Positions 24,401 to 38,597 of a stretch of 64,000 nucleotides of DNA are shown here, one piece after another. Every line of letters begins with the position of its first letter. Position 1 is the stretch's first letter. The stretch is taken from contig JAAOMT010000766.1 of the NCBI GenBank assembly GCA_016748015.1, positions 13,064 through 77,063 on the forward strand. The letters are read 5' to 3'. The notes below the pieces were generated by a model that did not search any database, was not told the origin of the DNA, and saw only the letters and a program-made list of their open reading frames with translations. Source of the DNA: Geosiphon pyriformis uo1 (lineage: Eukaryota; Fungi; Glomeromycota). The position numbers and the translations under genes were made by a program.

Positions 24401-27400
24401 AAAATACAGGAAATTAAAGTATTATGAGTTAAAAACAGCCAAAAATACAGCTATCAGAAAGACAATTAAGAAGTGGATAGACAATTTCAGTTTGAACAAA
24501 AATAATATGATAAAAAATATTTTGGAGTAGTCTTTTTAAAAGATTGTTTTAAATCACTTGGTTATTAAAAATGAATTGGTTTTGAAGCCAGATAAAATTA
24601 AGCTTAAGGTAAATAAGATTATAATAAATTGGATAAGAAAACATAAAATGTTGTCAGTATTTCCTACTGTGTGGTTTTGTTAATATGTGCTTTGAATTAT
24701 GTTGGCAAAGATATTTTCTTTGATATAATAAGTGAGTAAATTAATTCAGGTTATCAGTGACTTGTTTAATAACAAAGCTGCTAATTTGTCTAGTATATTA
24801 AATGAGCTGTAAAAATATTGTGGTAAAATAATGTTAAGATGTCTATTAGATCTGCTAAACTCTTGTTTATCTCTTGAAATGGTTTTTGTTCTTTAAAAGA
24901 AGACATAAGTCTTAATAATTTCCAAGTTATATGAATAAGATGATGTCTTAACAAATATATGATCTATTGCTCTAATTGAAACAGCTAGGAAAATTATTTC
25001 AAAAATTTTGTTTAACCATATTTCATTTGCTTGTTTAGAATATGATGTCCTTTAAAGTGATAATTTTTTTGTCTTGAAAAGTACTTCAATTTAGTTTTCT
25101 GTATTTGCTATTGGCTAATAGTAAAAAATGTATTAAAAAAGGACCAGAAAGTTTGGTTTATTTTTTAAAATATGCAGAAGACATATAATTTAGTCAAATA
25201 ACACCATTTAAAAGCTAGTTTGAGATGTATTAGAATGTATAAAATTTTTTGTCAATATATATATGAGCAGAGTCAACAGAGTAATAACTAATTTTGGTTT
25301 CTTAGATAGTTATAAAGTGCTAAATAATTTGGATCAAGATGAGATGTTTTTACCACTTTTGTGAAGAATTTTTTATGATTCTCTATTATGTAAAATTAAA
25401 AAGCAAGAACAATTATGTGATTACAGAATTAACTCAAACTTTGTGGCAAAAACAAACAAATTAGAAATTAGTAAGAATAGGTCTTTTTTTACAGTAAGTG
25501 CTTTTGTTGATAATATGATTTGAATGGAGAATAATTAGGCTTCAGCACAGCATATTTTAGACATTATTGGTGAGTTTTTCAAAATAAACAATATTTCTAT
25601 TAACAATAATAAGACAGTTATTATTTCTATTAACCAGAAAATTAAAGTGGTATCTTTATACATTTGTGATTAACCTATTTCTATAGCCAAACATAGTAAG
25701 CATTATAAGTATTTAGATATATATCTGTCAACAGAGAATATGTCTAAACCAAGTCTTATTAAAGTATAGTCTGATGTTAAATTTTTTTTGAATTTGGTTT
25801 TTAGAAAAATTTTGTTAAATAAACAGTTTTTATATCTGGTTTTGGCTATTTTACAGCTTATTATCAGTTATTAAACACAATTTAGCTTTATTTCTAAAAT
25901 GATATGCCAAAGATAAAATGTTGTAATAAGAAGGAGACTAAGATTTAAAGCCAATTTTCTTAAGAATTTTTCCAATAAGGCTTTGCATTATTCATTTTTT
26001 TATAGTTTGAAAACATTCAAGCAATTATAGATTAAGAGTAAGATTGCTACACTTATAGTATTTTTTAATTTGTCTGGAATTTTTGAACAGTTGTTTGAAC
26101 ATTGCTTTTTAGACTTACAGATTTTGGAGTGGATTTTAATAAATTTTTTATAGCATTCTGTTAAATTAATTGTCAGTTTTATAAATAACTTTTTTGTTAG
26201 TATGATAAAAATTTTGAAGGATAATAGGTTCTCTTTGGCCAATTGTTTATCTAGTGTATTTCATGGTTTTAGTTATTTTTCTATGTTAATAATTTTGGGG
26301 AATTTTTTTTATTTCAGCATGGTTTGCTTTCTAAAGCATTTTAGTATTGCCTTTAGGAACAGATTGTTAGATAAGTGTGGCTTATTAATAAAATAAAAGA
26401 CTTTTCATTATTAAAAGAGACTAGATCCTAGAAGTCTAGTTTCATTATGGTTAATAAAAGCTTTGGTTTATTTAAATATTTATTATATTAATTTTAGTAG
26501 AATGGTTTTTGGTTCTGGAAGTTTGGATTTTCTGAGCTTAGATGTCTTTTTAGATATTTAAAAATATTTGTATGAGTTGTGGGTAGATGTTTTTAATATT
26601 TATACAAATAACTTCTTAAGATAGTTGGGTATATTAGAAGCTATTAGAGAAGTGACAGCCTATTTTTCAGATGTTGAAATGAATATGGGTGTTAAGATTT
26701 ATGGGTTGTTATTTTCTACATTAATTAAATTTCAAGCTGTTGTTTTGGCTTTAAAGTGTGTTTTTTTGGCCTGTTCTGTGGCTGTGCACTTGGACAATTA
26801 AACAGCATTAAATACATGTGTTGTAGAGCTTGTGCTTTGTTAGCCAAATTTTCATAATAAATGCTGGATAAAAAGATGTTATATTACAGATTTAGTAAAA
26901 TTTAAGAATATTTTTGTTAAATAAATAAAGATCAAAAATTATTTAGGAGTTGCTAATAATAAAAAAGCTAATGTTTTTGCATGTAAAGTGATGTATTCTG
27001 GTTTGTTTCTTCTTATAGAGATTTATAAAAAATTTATCATTACTAATAATCAGATTGTATCAAGAAATGCTTGTTGTTTTGTTTGAAATATTTATTGGTC
27101 TATATGTTGTGTTTAATAAGAGACTGGTCTTGGTATTGGGTTTACAAATGAGTTGATAATTATAAACATTAATTGGATTAATACTACTGCAATATAGCAT
27201 CCAGATTTGCATATGTTGGCTGAGTTTACAAACAAAGCTTCTGTCACTTTTTGCACTTATTTAATAAAAGCAGTTTATAGGAGACTGCTGATTGCTGTAA
27301 GAAAAAAATTTTATGACAAGAAGTATCTGAACATATTATGCCTGTCTTGTGGCAATATTAAACTGCCCAATCATGTTTTTACTTGTTTAAAGAAAGCTGA

Positions 27401-27464
27401 TATACATGTTAATATTTTGTTGAGTTATATTGTATTATGGAAATCTTTAGTAAATAGTTACTAT
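21470..27464 (+). mobile_element. Decayed LINE of the same lineage as 4405-10285: ORF1 ~21612-23435, ORF2 (APE-RT-RNase H-CCHC) ~23435-27464; 3' end interrupted by Gypsy B1
   Basis: 5' UTR homologous to the left copy; RT AFVD(D>N) at ~25500; RNase H remnants at 26.6-27.0 kb; C-terminal CLSCG..PNHVFTC in ORF 27207-27476. Confidence 0.85.
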
Positions 27465-28401
27465 TGTTATAGGTAATTATTTGGGATCTGAAAACAAATA
27501 ACAAATCCATAACTTGGTGCTTAATAAGTAATATGGTTGGTAATATCCAAAAGTTTTTGTAATCTAAAGGTTTTATATCTGAAAGTTTTGGTGAAGTTTT
27601 TTGTATAATGAACAGAGATTCACTAGTTGTGTTAGTAGTCTCTCAAAATTACAATTCCATTGAATTTTTTTTTTAGCATAATGACTGATTTATTTTAGTA
27701 GTCATGCTCTTCTGGTAAGCTTATTCATAAATTTTTTAAACTCTATACCCTTTCTTTAGAATCTTTTACTAAACTATCTTTAACATCAGTTATTTAATGC
27801 TTAATCTTTTTTTTATTCAGTTAGTAAATTAACAAATAACAAAAATATAAAAAAATATAAAAAAATATAAAAAAAAATAAACAAAATTAAAGAAAAAAAT
27901 AAAATAAAATAAAAATTAGTCTTTTGTCAATAGCCATAATTAAGAGCTATTAATCTAGTATAGTTAAGTATTGGCAATTATCAATATGAATTTTTGATAA
28001 CAAAAAGATAGATTGTGATAATAATAAATATTTTTATTGATATTTGATGTTTCTATTTCAAGTTATAGAATATTATCATATAAAGAAATAAATATGGAAT
28101 TAAAATTAAAGGTTCTAAACTAAGAATTCTGTCTTTTCTGTTTCTAATACTATTGTTATATATACATAAATTTTATTTTACAAAATTCCTTAAATTCCTT
28201 AATTTTTTAATCAAAAATTTTGGAATTCCTTAAAAAGAATTCTGAAATTCTGAGATTTTGCAATTCCTCATACAGAAATTTTATAATTCTGAAATCCTGC
28301 AATTTTTTTAAGAGGAATTCTAAAATTTCATTTTTACTATGTCTTATTCTGATTGATTAACTGATGTACTAATATATAATTTTTATATTCTATAAGTAAT
28401 A
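27465..28401 (-). repeat. 3' LTR of B1
   Basis: TGTTATAGG... to ...TAAGTAATA; family-B LTR blocks; followed by the PPT complement TTATTCTCTCTTTT. Confidence 0.85.
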
Positions 28402-31400
28402 TTATTCTCTCTTTTTTAATATTAAGTTCTGTTGAAATCTCCTATATTTCCTAACTTTTTATCTTTAATTAACTCTTGAACTTTTTTTTCAAGAATTATT
28501 TAGGTTATTTTAATCTGTAATTTTTCAAATTAGGCATTGGTAATTTTACCCAATTGGTTGATGGTAACTGTATTTATTGCTAAATTAAGTAATATTGTTG
28601 GTCAATCTTGAAATCCTGCATATAGTCAATATATGGCTTATGTCTGTGTAAACAGATTGTTCTTTCTTACAAATTGTTCAAGTTGTTATAGTATTGTTGT
28701 ATTGAATAACTATTTTGTTTTATCAATGTACAAGTTTTAAATATTCAGGTTTTGTTCCAAGTAATAATAACAAAAATTTCTTAGAAATTGTTGTATTCAC
28801 TAATTCCAAGTTTTTTTCATTAATTCTTAATATAGTACAGCTGTTTCTGGTATTTCTATTAACAATTTTACTTTTGCCATTATCTTGTTTATAGTGTTTT
28901 TCAGTTTTTTATGTATCTTGTATTGGGGTTTTTTTTTATTATCTTTGTACTGAATGATTTGTTGGTTGATTGTGATTTTCATGTTTTGTTGTTAAATTAG
29001 TTAGAATAGTTGTTATGTAAATGAGTAGATGTCATTGGTAATTTTCATCTTTTATTATTGCTTTTGTTGCATATACTATGTTTTTATATATTTTTCTGTT
29101 TGTTCAATTTGATGTGTTTGTATTAATGATTATGATTGGTTCTAGATCTTGTAAAATCTCATCTGGTTGAACTAGTATTTATTGTACTCCCAGTTGTGGA
29201 ATATTATTGGTAAATAATAATGCTGTATTGTAATATGGTTTTAGTTAATTTTCATGTACTGCTTTAGCTAAGATTTTGTTGTTTTATCTTAGCTTATAAG
29301 CTTCATTTCCTAGAATTTCTTTAATATAGAATGATTCATCCCATTTGGCATTGAATTTTTCACTCCATTGTTTTTTTGCTTTGGTATGATATAAGAGTAC
29401 TTTGTCTTTAATCTTGAATTTAACTGGTTTGTCTGATAATTGGTTATCATGTTATTTTTTTTGTTTTTTTTGTGATTTTTGAATGTTTTTCAACATTTTT
29501 ATTAGTTTATATGTTCTTTTTAACAGTGTTTTTTAGAAATTGGTTTCTGTTATTAGTTCTATTAGATATGTATTGATGTTTATCTTAACTGGTAATGTTA
29601 CTGTTCTACTATAAACAAGTTTAAATGATATTGTTTGTGTGATATTCTGCTTTATTGTTCAATAAGTAAATAGTACTAATAATATAAATGAATTCCATTT
29701 GTTCTGGTTTTTTTGGCTGATTTTTGCTATTATTTTACACAATGTTTTGTTGAATCTTTCCACTAACCTATTTGTTTATGAATAATATAATAATAATAAT
29801 AGTTTTTTGATTCTAAATCTTTGACTTAATTCTGTTAATATTCTGTTTACAAAATAAGTTTTTTAATCTGATAATAATTTTTTCAGACATCCATAACAAC
29901 AAATCAAATTTTAGTGAATAAATTTGACTACAGATTCTGCATCTGCTCTTTGTATTGCTTTTATTTTTGGCCATTTTGTGAGATAGTTCATGGCTACTGC
30001 TATATAATAATTTTTTCTGCTAGTTATTATTAATAATCCAACTAAGTTAATTCTAATTTGATCAAATAATTGTTCTACTTTAATTGGTTTTAGTAGTTTA
30101 CTGGGTCTTGTTCTTTCTTTTTTTTAACAAGCATCACAATTTTGAACATATTAAATAATGTCTAAATACATTAATGGCCAATAGTATCTTTTTCTGGTTC
30201 TTTCCATGATTGTTTTTTTATAAAAATGTCCTGCTGTTGAATCTGAATACATATTGAATAGTTTTGTTTTTTTTTCTGGTTTTGTAATGATTCTGAGTGG
30301 GTAATCTAAATATTTTTTGTTCTTTTGGTATAATATATCTTGGTAAATAATAAAATATTTTAATTGTTGTTTTATGTTGTTTTGTTTTTTTTGAGATGAT
30401 TTTTCCTTAAACTATTGAATATTAATATAATGCTAGAGTTATTGATATTTTTGTGTATTTATTTTTTGTTATATTTTTGGGTTAAAATGTTCTTAGTTTT
30501 GTTTCATTTGTAACAAACTGTCAGCATTTCTATTTTTTTTTTCTTTTTTATAATATACTGTATAATTAAATAACAATAGTTTTATTTTTTATTTTGCATA
30601 GCAGTTATCTCCAGATTTTTGCTCTTAAATTGATGTCAATTCTTTGTAATTAGTGTATACATCAAATTTTTAACTCAAATATTTTTTCTATTTGATAACA
30701 GTTGTTACTGGTAATTATTTGGAATCTCAAATCAAATAATAAAACCTGTAACTTGGTGCTCAGAAGTTATTTGTAATGATAGTGTTGGTAATCTGAAGGT
30801 TTGGGTTAAGTTCTTTGTATAATAGACAGAGATTAGTAGTTGTTTTAGTAGCCTTCCAGAATCACAATTCCATCAAATTTTTTTCTCAGCATAGTGGCCA
30901 ATAATCCTCCTGGTAAGCTATCCTCAAATCTATAAGTGTTCTACCCTTGTTTCATGGGTTTTTTACCAGTTCCTATGATGTCTATAACTTAGCGCTTTAA
31001 TCTTTAATCAATTAGTTAACCAAAAAGAAATACAAAAAAAATAAAAGAAAATAAAAGAAGATAAAGAATTTAAACAAAAGCAATTGCAAGTTAGTATCCT
31101 GTCAATAGCCATAATCAAGAGCTATTGTTCCAGTGTAGTTAAGTATTAATTATTATCAACATGAAGTGTTGATAGTAAAGAATGAATTGAAGATAAAAAA
31201 TAATTATTTATTAATTTTTGTGAATAGAAGATTGCTTAGATCAAATCTAAATTAAGAGGTCTTTAATTGAAAGATTCTGTTTTTTCTATTTCTAGCACTA
31301 CTGTTATATATACATAATTGAAATTCCTTAATTCCTCAATTCTTCCCATTAGAAATCCTGAAATTTCTGAAATCCTGCAATTTCTTTGAGAGGAATTTTG

Positions 31401-31491
31401 GAATTCCACATTTACTGTGCCTACTTCTGATTGGCTAATTTATATGCTAATATACTTTCTATATTCTATAAGTAACATTATTCTTTTCTTT

Positions 31492-32121
31492 TTAATATTG
31501 AGCTCTATCATATTTTCTAACTTTAATTTTCCATCTTTGAGTATTTTTTGAACTTTTTTTTTCAAGTATTATTTGGGTTATCTTGTTCTGTAACTTTTTG
31601 AATTGGGCATTGATTATTTTTCCCATCTGATTAATAGTGATGGTGTTCATTACTGGATTAAGTAAGATTTCTGGTTGGTCTTAAAATCCAGCATGCAATT
31701 GATAGATGGCTCTTGCTTGTGTTGTTAGATTGTTTTTTCCCATAAATTTCTTAAGTTGTTGTAGTATTGTTGTATTGAAGATTCGTTTTGTTTTATCTGT
31801 ATATAAGTTTTGAATATTCAAGTGTTGTTCCAAGTGGAAATAATAAAAGTTTCTTGAAAATTCATGTATCCACCACATCCAAGTTTTTTTAGTCACTTTT
31901 TGATATGTGGTAACACTTGTTGGCTCCTTTATTGCCAATTTTACTTTTAGAATTATTTTATTAACAGTGTTTTCTGTTTTTTTTTGTACTTTGTATTGAG
32001 GTATTTTTCTGGTATCTCTATATCTAATAGTTTGTTAATTGATAATAATTTCCATATTTCATTGTTAGATTAATTGAAAGAGTTGTTGTGCTAGTGAATA
32101 AATATTGTCAGTAATTTACAT
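31492..32121 (-). pseudogene. ORF3 of B2 (homologs: B1 ~28420-29048, C ~41479-42113)
   Basis: ORF 31681-31938 plus flanks: ITDNIYSLAQQLF..MEIIIN..YYFHLEQHL..ARAIYQLH..PEILLNP..ITINQMGKI. Confidence 0.75.
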
Positions 32122-35100
32122 TTTTTTAATGTCTTTTGTCATGTCTATCATGTCTTTTTATATTCTTTTATTTGTTCAATTTGACGTGTTTGATTCAATA
32201 ATTATTATTGGTTTCAGATTTTGTGAAATCTCATCTGGTTGGATTAATATTTGTTGTACTCCTAATTGTAAAATATTACTAATAGATAATAATACTATAT
32301 GGTAATATGGTTTCAGTCAATCACCATGTGCTGCTTTGGTTAAGATTTTGTTGTTTAACCTCAATTTATAAGCTTTATTTCCAAGAATTTCTTCTATGTG
32401 AAATGGTCTGTTCTATTTGGGGTCAAATTTTCCACTTCATTGTTTTTTCACTTTAGTATAGTGTAGAAGTACTTTGTCTCCAATTTTGAATTCAACTGGT
32501 TTCTCTGATAGTTGGTTATCATGTCTTTTTTTTTGTTTTTTTTGTGACTTCTGGATGTTATCAGCTGTTTTTCACTGTGTGTTTTCTAGTGTCTCCATTA
32601 AGTCATATGTTCTTCTTAACCGTATTCTTTGAAAATTCTCTTCTGTTATTGGTTCTGTTAGGTATGTCTTGACTTCTATCTCAACTGGTAATGTTGCTGT
32701 TCTACCATATACTAATTTAAATAGTGTTGCTTGTATAGTGTCTTGCTTTATTGTCTAATAGGCAAATAATACTGATGGTATAATTAAATCTTATTCATCT
32801 TGGTTTTCTTGGCTGATTTTGGCAATGGCTTTACATAGTGTTCTGTTAAATTTTTTCACTAGCTCATTTGTTTGTGAATAGTATGGTGATGATAATGGTC
32901 TTTTAATCCCAAATCTTTGACTCAATTCTGTCAGTGTTTTATTTACAAAATAAGTTTTTTGATCTGATAGTAGTTCTTTTGAACATCTATGTTGACAGAT
33001 TAAGTCTTAATGGACAAATTCGGCAATGGATTCTGCATCTGCTCTTTGAATGGCTTTTGCTTTTGGCCATTTTGTGAGATAATTCATGGCTACTGCAATA
33101 TATCTGTTGTCTCTGCTGATGATTGTTAATGATCTAACTAAGTCAATTCCAATACAATCAAATGGTTGTCCCACTTTTGATTGGTCTTAATAGTTCACTG
33201 GGTTTTGTTTTACCTCTTCTTTAATAAGCATCATAATTTTGAACATATTAAATAATGTCCAGATATATTGATGGCTAATAGTATTTTTTTCTAATTCTTT
33301 TTATAGTTGCTTCTTTGTAAAAATGTTCTGTTGTTGAGTCTGAGTGCATGTTGAATAATATTGTCTTTTTTTCTAGTTTTGTGATTACTCTAATTGGTTG
33401 ATCTGGGTTTCTTTTGTTCTTCTGGTAAAGTATATTTTGATGGTTGATAAAATATTCTGATTGCTGTTTTATGTTGTTTTGTTCTTTTCGAAATAATTTT
33501 TCCTTGAACAATTGGATATTTATATAATGTTGAAGTTGTTGGTATTTTTGTATATTCATGTTTTGTTATATTTTTGGGTTGAAATGTTTTTAGATTTGTT
33601 TCATTTGCAACAATCTATTAGCATTTTTGTTTTTTTTTCCCTTTTTGTAATGAATTGTATAATTAAATAGTGAAAGTTCTATTTTTTATCTGACATGGCA
33701 ATTGTTTCCAAATTCTTGTTTCTGAATTGAAGTCAATCCTTTGTGATTAGTGTACACATCAAACTTTTGACTCAAGTATTCTTTCCATTTGATAACAGCC
33801 CAATAGATAGCTAAGTGTTCCAGTGCTGGAGTTCTATAGTTCTTTTCTGCTGAACTTAAGCTTCTACTGGCATAAGCTACTGGATGTTTTCTTCCATCTG
33901 GTTCTTTCTGGGATAATACTGCTCCCAATGCTTGACTAGATGTGTCAGTTGTAATTATAAATGGCTTGCTATGATCTGGATAGATTAGTACTGGAGCTTG
34001 AATAAGCTTTTTTCTTAATGTATCAAAAGCTTCTTGTTAAGTTTCTGTCCATTCATATTTAGTGTTCTTTGTTTGGAGTTGGTGTAGTAATTGAGCTATT
34101 TTGGAAAATTTTTTGATAAAGTGATGGTAGTATCCAGCAAATTCCAAGAATGTTCTCAATTCTGTGAGATTATTTGGTACTAGAAAGTTCTTAACAATTT
34201 CAATTTTGTCTGAATCTGTTTTAATTCTGTTTTTGCTTATTACATGTTCCAAAAACTTGAGTTCAGTTTTTCCAAAGAAACATTTGGTTGTATTTAGCTT
34301 TAATCCGACTCTTCTTAATCTTTCAAACACTTGTTGGAGATGATGCAAATGATCATCAAATGTTTTTGAGAACACATTGGTGTTATCCAAGTATATGACT
34401 ACTGATTTCCATAGTAGTCCAGTATAAACAATTTCCATTAGCTGTTGAAATGTGACTGGTGCATTCATCAATTCAAATGGCATGACTTCAAACTCAAAAT
34501 TTCTCTTTTTTGTGGTAAATGCCATTTTTTCTTTGTCAGTTGAATCCATAGTTACTTGTCAATAACTACTATCTAAATTTAATGTTAAGAACCATTTATT
34601 TCTACTGAAAGCATCAAATAATTCCTGAATTTATGGAGTTGGATAACTATTATCACGAGTAACACTGTTAAGTTTTCTATAATCTACACAAAAGTGGATC
34701 TTCTTATTTTTCTTTCAAACTAGTACTACTGATAATGACCATGGACTTATTGATGGCTGAATTAGCCCATTGTCAAGCATTTGATTAATTTCTTGACAAA
34801 TAATTTCATGGCTGGCTGGTGGTATTCTGTATGCCCTTTGTTTAATTGGCATTGCATTTCCAGTCTTGATCTGGTGCTGAATAATATTGGTACAGCCGAA
34901 TTTATTTTTGCTAGCAAAGATGTCATTGAAATTTCTAAGTAACATCTTTAGTTGTATCTGTTGGAGTGGGTTTAGATTCCTCATGTTCATCTGTTTCAAT
35001 TGTTTCAGTTGGAGCAGATAACATTTATTTTGTCTGTAAATGATTTGTGATGTAATGTCTACATATCCACAAAGCTGTGGAAAATTTAAAATGTAGTTTG

Positions 35101-35419
35101 GTGGTTGATCCTCAACTTTAATGGTTAAATATCCAATAATAGTTCCTTTTGGTATCTCAATGACATTTCTGGTTGTGTTATAGATAGAAATTTTAATGTT
35201 TTTAGGGCTTTTGATTGATATGTAAAGATTAGTAAGTCTAATTTCTTCTGATTCACAAATGGTGGCTTCTGCTTCAAACAATTGAGCTTGATTCTTTACT
35301 TTTTTTTTTATGGCTAACATATATTGGTCATATGGTGGAATGGAAATTGGTTGATGGGTGGAAATAATTTCTCCCTTGTTAATAATTTTTTCCTCTGCCA
35401 TATTAACTGGTACATCTAT

Positions 35420-35815
35420 TCTACTCATGGATCCAAAACTCTATATCCCTTTAGCAGTAATCCTTAATTTTTCTCTGTTTCTCATTGACACTAACTGAGC
35501 TATTTTCACTAGAAGTAAGAATATTGTCTGTGCTATCTTTTTGTTTGAATTTATAATATATGTCTTTTCTGAGTTATTTTGTAGCATAGTAATAATATTT
35601 CCTATATATCCTGCATCAATTATTCCTTCCCTGATGTTGATTTCCTTTTTGGCTAAGCTACTTCTAAATGTTAATTGCACCATTGTTGTTGCTGGAATTT
35701 TCAATGCTATTTTGAGATCAATACAAGTGTGCAAATGTGGTTCCAATTTGATGGCAACTTTTCCCAGATATTTCAGATCAAATCCTGCATTAGTATCATG
35801 TGTGTGTTTGAGCAT
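35420..35815 (-). pseudogene. dUTPase domain within B2 pol
   Basis: AGFDL, RSSLA, GIIDAGYIG, KIAQ in ORF 35441-35911, then a degraded GFGS motif V. Confidence 0.88.
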
Positions 35816-37723
35816 AATACCTTTATTATTATTGCTGAACCATCTGAGTTTTTGCTCCTTGGAGAGATTAAGAAGCATGATGTATGTTTCAGAATTTGAA
35901 TTGAAGTTCAAATTATTGTTATTTTCATTGCTATATTAAGTGGAGCTGGAACTGTTGTTTTCATTATTATTATTGTCAGAGTTTGGATCAGGATCAAAAT
36001 CTGGTTTTGATTCTGATGTGCAGCTGCTAATTGGTTTTTTCTCTTCTGAAATCATGTAGATTATGCATATTAGTGGATTGTAAATGAGATCACACTTATT
36101 ACAATATTGAAAGTCATATAGAATCAAACAGTAGTCACATAATTGAGTGTTGATTTTTTCTAAATATTGCTCCTGCTCTTCTTTTGTAGGTGCTAGCTCT
36201 TAGTAATGTTCATAGAATTGTTCTGGGTCCAAGAGATTTATGACTGGTTCTAAATCCCAGTTGAGTTTTATGGGTTTTGGTGGGTTATTTTTGATCATCT
36301 TTATTTCTTCTGGTAATGCTTCTTCAATTTTGGCAAGAGCTATTTGCCAAATTTTGTTGTCATTGTGTGGACAACTGTTTAAGCATTTGACTGTTTATCT
36401 CTAGGCAGCATCTATGAGCATTCTTTTTCTTATCCAGTCACTTATAAAAATTGTGTACTGACATAATTTATCACATGTTCCTCCTCTCCCAGGAATATTG
36501 TTCCATATTTCTTTATTGAGGAGAGTTTCTCCACAAGCTAAGCATGGCTTATTATTCTATTTTCCTACTTGTTTTGGTCTTTCAAAGCATTCAACAAGGC
36601 ATGGACAACAGTAAAACTTGGTTGCCATTTGGTATTCCTTATTATTGCCATAGCATGTGCCTATTGACAACAATTTCTTGCTACAATTGATGCACTCTAG
36701 TTTTGGTCAACAATAATTAGACAATTGTTGTTGAGTATATGAACAGTGAGTGGTAGTTGGTGTTGGATTTTTTTCCTTTTTTTTCCCTTTTTTTTCATGA
36801 TTGTTTTCTTTTTACTCCCAAGTTGTTAGTTCATTTTGATTGTTGTTGGTTTTCCAAACTTGGTCAGCATTCCAGATAAGTTCTTCCTTTTGTTTTTTTT
36901 TTCTATTGTCATTTTAAGAGAGTATTGGTGGTAGTTTGTTGTGGTTTTCATCAGCCCAGGACACTTGATAAGCTTTCCAAGTAAGTTTCTCTTTTTTTTT
37001 CTCGAATTTAATAAGTAGGGCTAATGGTATGATAAGGAGTTTGAAGTATCTATACATGGCAGATACCTGTGTGTGTTGGCCATTCTGGCTAAGCTGTAGT
37101 TCTTGTATGTTTCAATCAAGCATGGCATTTGTTTTGACTAGTTAGTCATTACCAACTAGTGTTTGGTATTGTGTAGCCTCCATTACTAAAACTTTGATTG
37201 GAGTAATAATACTATTTACTTTAAAGAGAAAATTATCAATCTTGCCAATAGGAGTCTTGGTTACTCTATCAGTTATTATTATTCTGGTACTGGCAGTGCA
37301 ATCAATTCGGCAACCTAATTGGTTTATGAATTGTTATGTGATAATGCTGCCTGCTGATCTACTATTAAGAATGAGTTTAATAGTATGCCTATCTACTTTG
37401 GTGTCAGTATACATGGTAGTAATTGGTTTTTTCTTGAGTGCAACTTCACTGAACAAAGAAGTTGATGACAGTTCTTCAATTTCAAAGGAAAATATAGCTG
37501 CAAGTAATTCATCTTTTATAATGGTGGCTGGTGGTATATTGCTGATAAGTGATTTCTGGTTTGTCTCCAAGTTGTTGGATAAAGCATCTTCTGGAGTAAC
37601 CAAGAGACTTAAATAGTTCTGAGAACTTGGGTTTTGAGTATATTTGGTTCCTGAACTCTGCTGTTATGATCCTGACAACTGGTTGGATGAACTGGGAATC
37701 AGTTGGTGAACAACCATTGCTAA

Positions 37724-38597
37724 TATTACAGATGATTATTTGGGGTCTTAAATCAAATAACAAATCCGTAACTTGGTGCTCAATATCTTAATAATGCTGA
37801 TAAGACTGGTACATTGGTTGTATCTGAAGGTTTTAGAGTTGAGTTCTTTGTATAATAGACAAAGATTTAATAACAACATAGTTGGTGAATTGTTTTCCCA
37901 ATTTCTGTCTTCAACGTGGTGGCTGGTTTATTCTGGCAGTCGTGTTTTTCTGGTAAGCTATTTGTTAATATATATATTCTACTCTTATCTTTGGGTTTTT
38001 TACCAGACTATCCATGATGTCAATAATTCAGTGCTTTAATTCTCAATCAATTAGTACACAATAATAAGATCACAACAAGAAAGAAAATAAAAATAAAGAA
38101 AAAGATAAAGAAATAAGCAAAAGCAATTGCAAGTTAGTATCTCATTAATAGTTATGATCAAGAGTTATTGTACCAGTGTTTTTAAGTATCAATTGCTATC
38201 AACATGAAGTGTTAATAGTGAAGAGTGGATTGAGATAGTGAATAATTATTTATTTAATATTTGTAAATAGAAAGTTGTTTAGATCAAATCTAAACTGAGA
38301 GGTTTCTAACTAAAGAATTCTGTCTTTTCTACTTCTAGTACTACTGTTATATATACATAATTGAGATTTCTCAATTCCTCAATTTTTCACACCAGGAATC
38401 CTGGAATTCCTGGAATCCTGTAATTCTTTTAAGAGGAATCCTGGAATTCTAGAATCCTGCAATTCCTTGTACAAGAATCTTGAAATTTCTGGAATTCTGC
38501 AATTCCTCTAAGAGGAATTCTGGAATTCCACATTTACTGTGCCTACTTCTGATTGGCTAATTTATGCTAATATCCTTCCTATATTCTATGAGTAACA
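37724..38597 (-). mobile_element. Solo LTR (family B) inserted between gag and protease of B2
   Basis: LTR ends TATTACAG / AGTAACA; flanks CTAA and TCAA both derive from CCAA, as seen in the uninterrupted homolog ATTGCCAATC at ~47721-47730. Confidence 0.88.
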
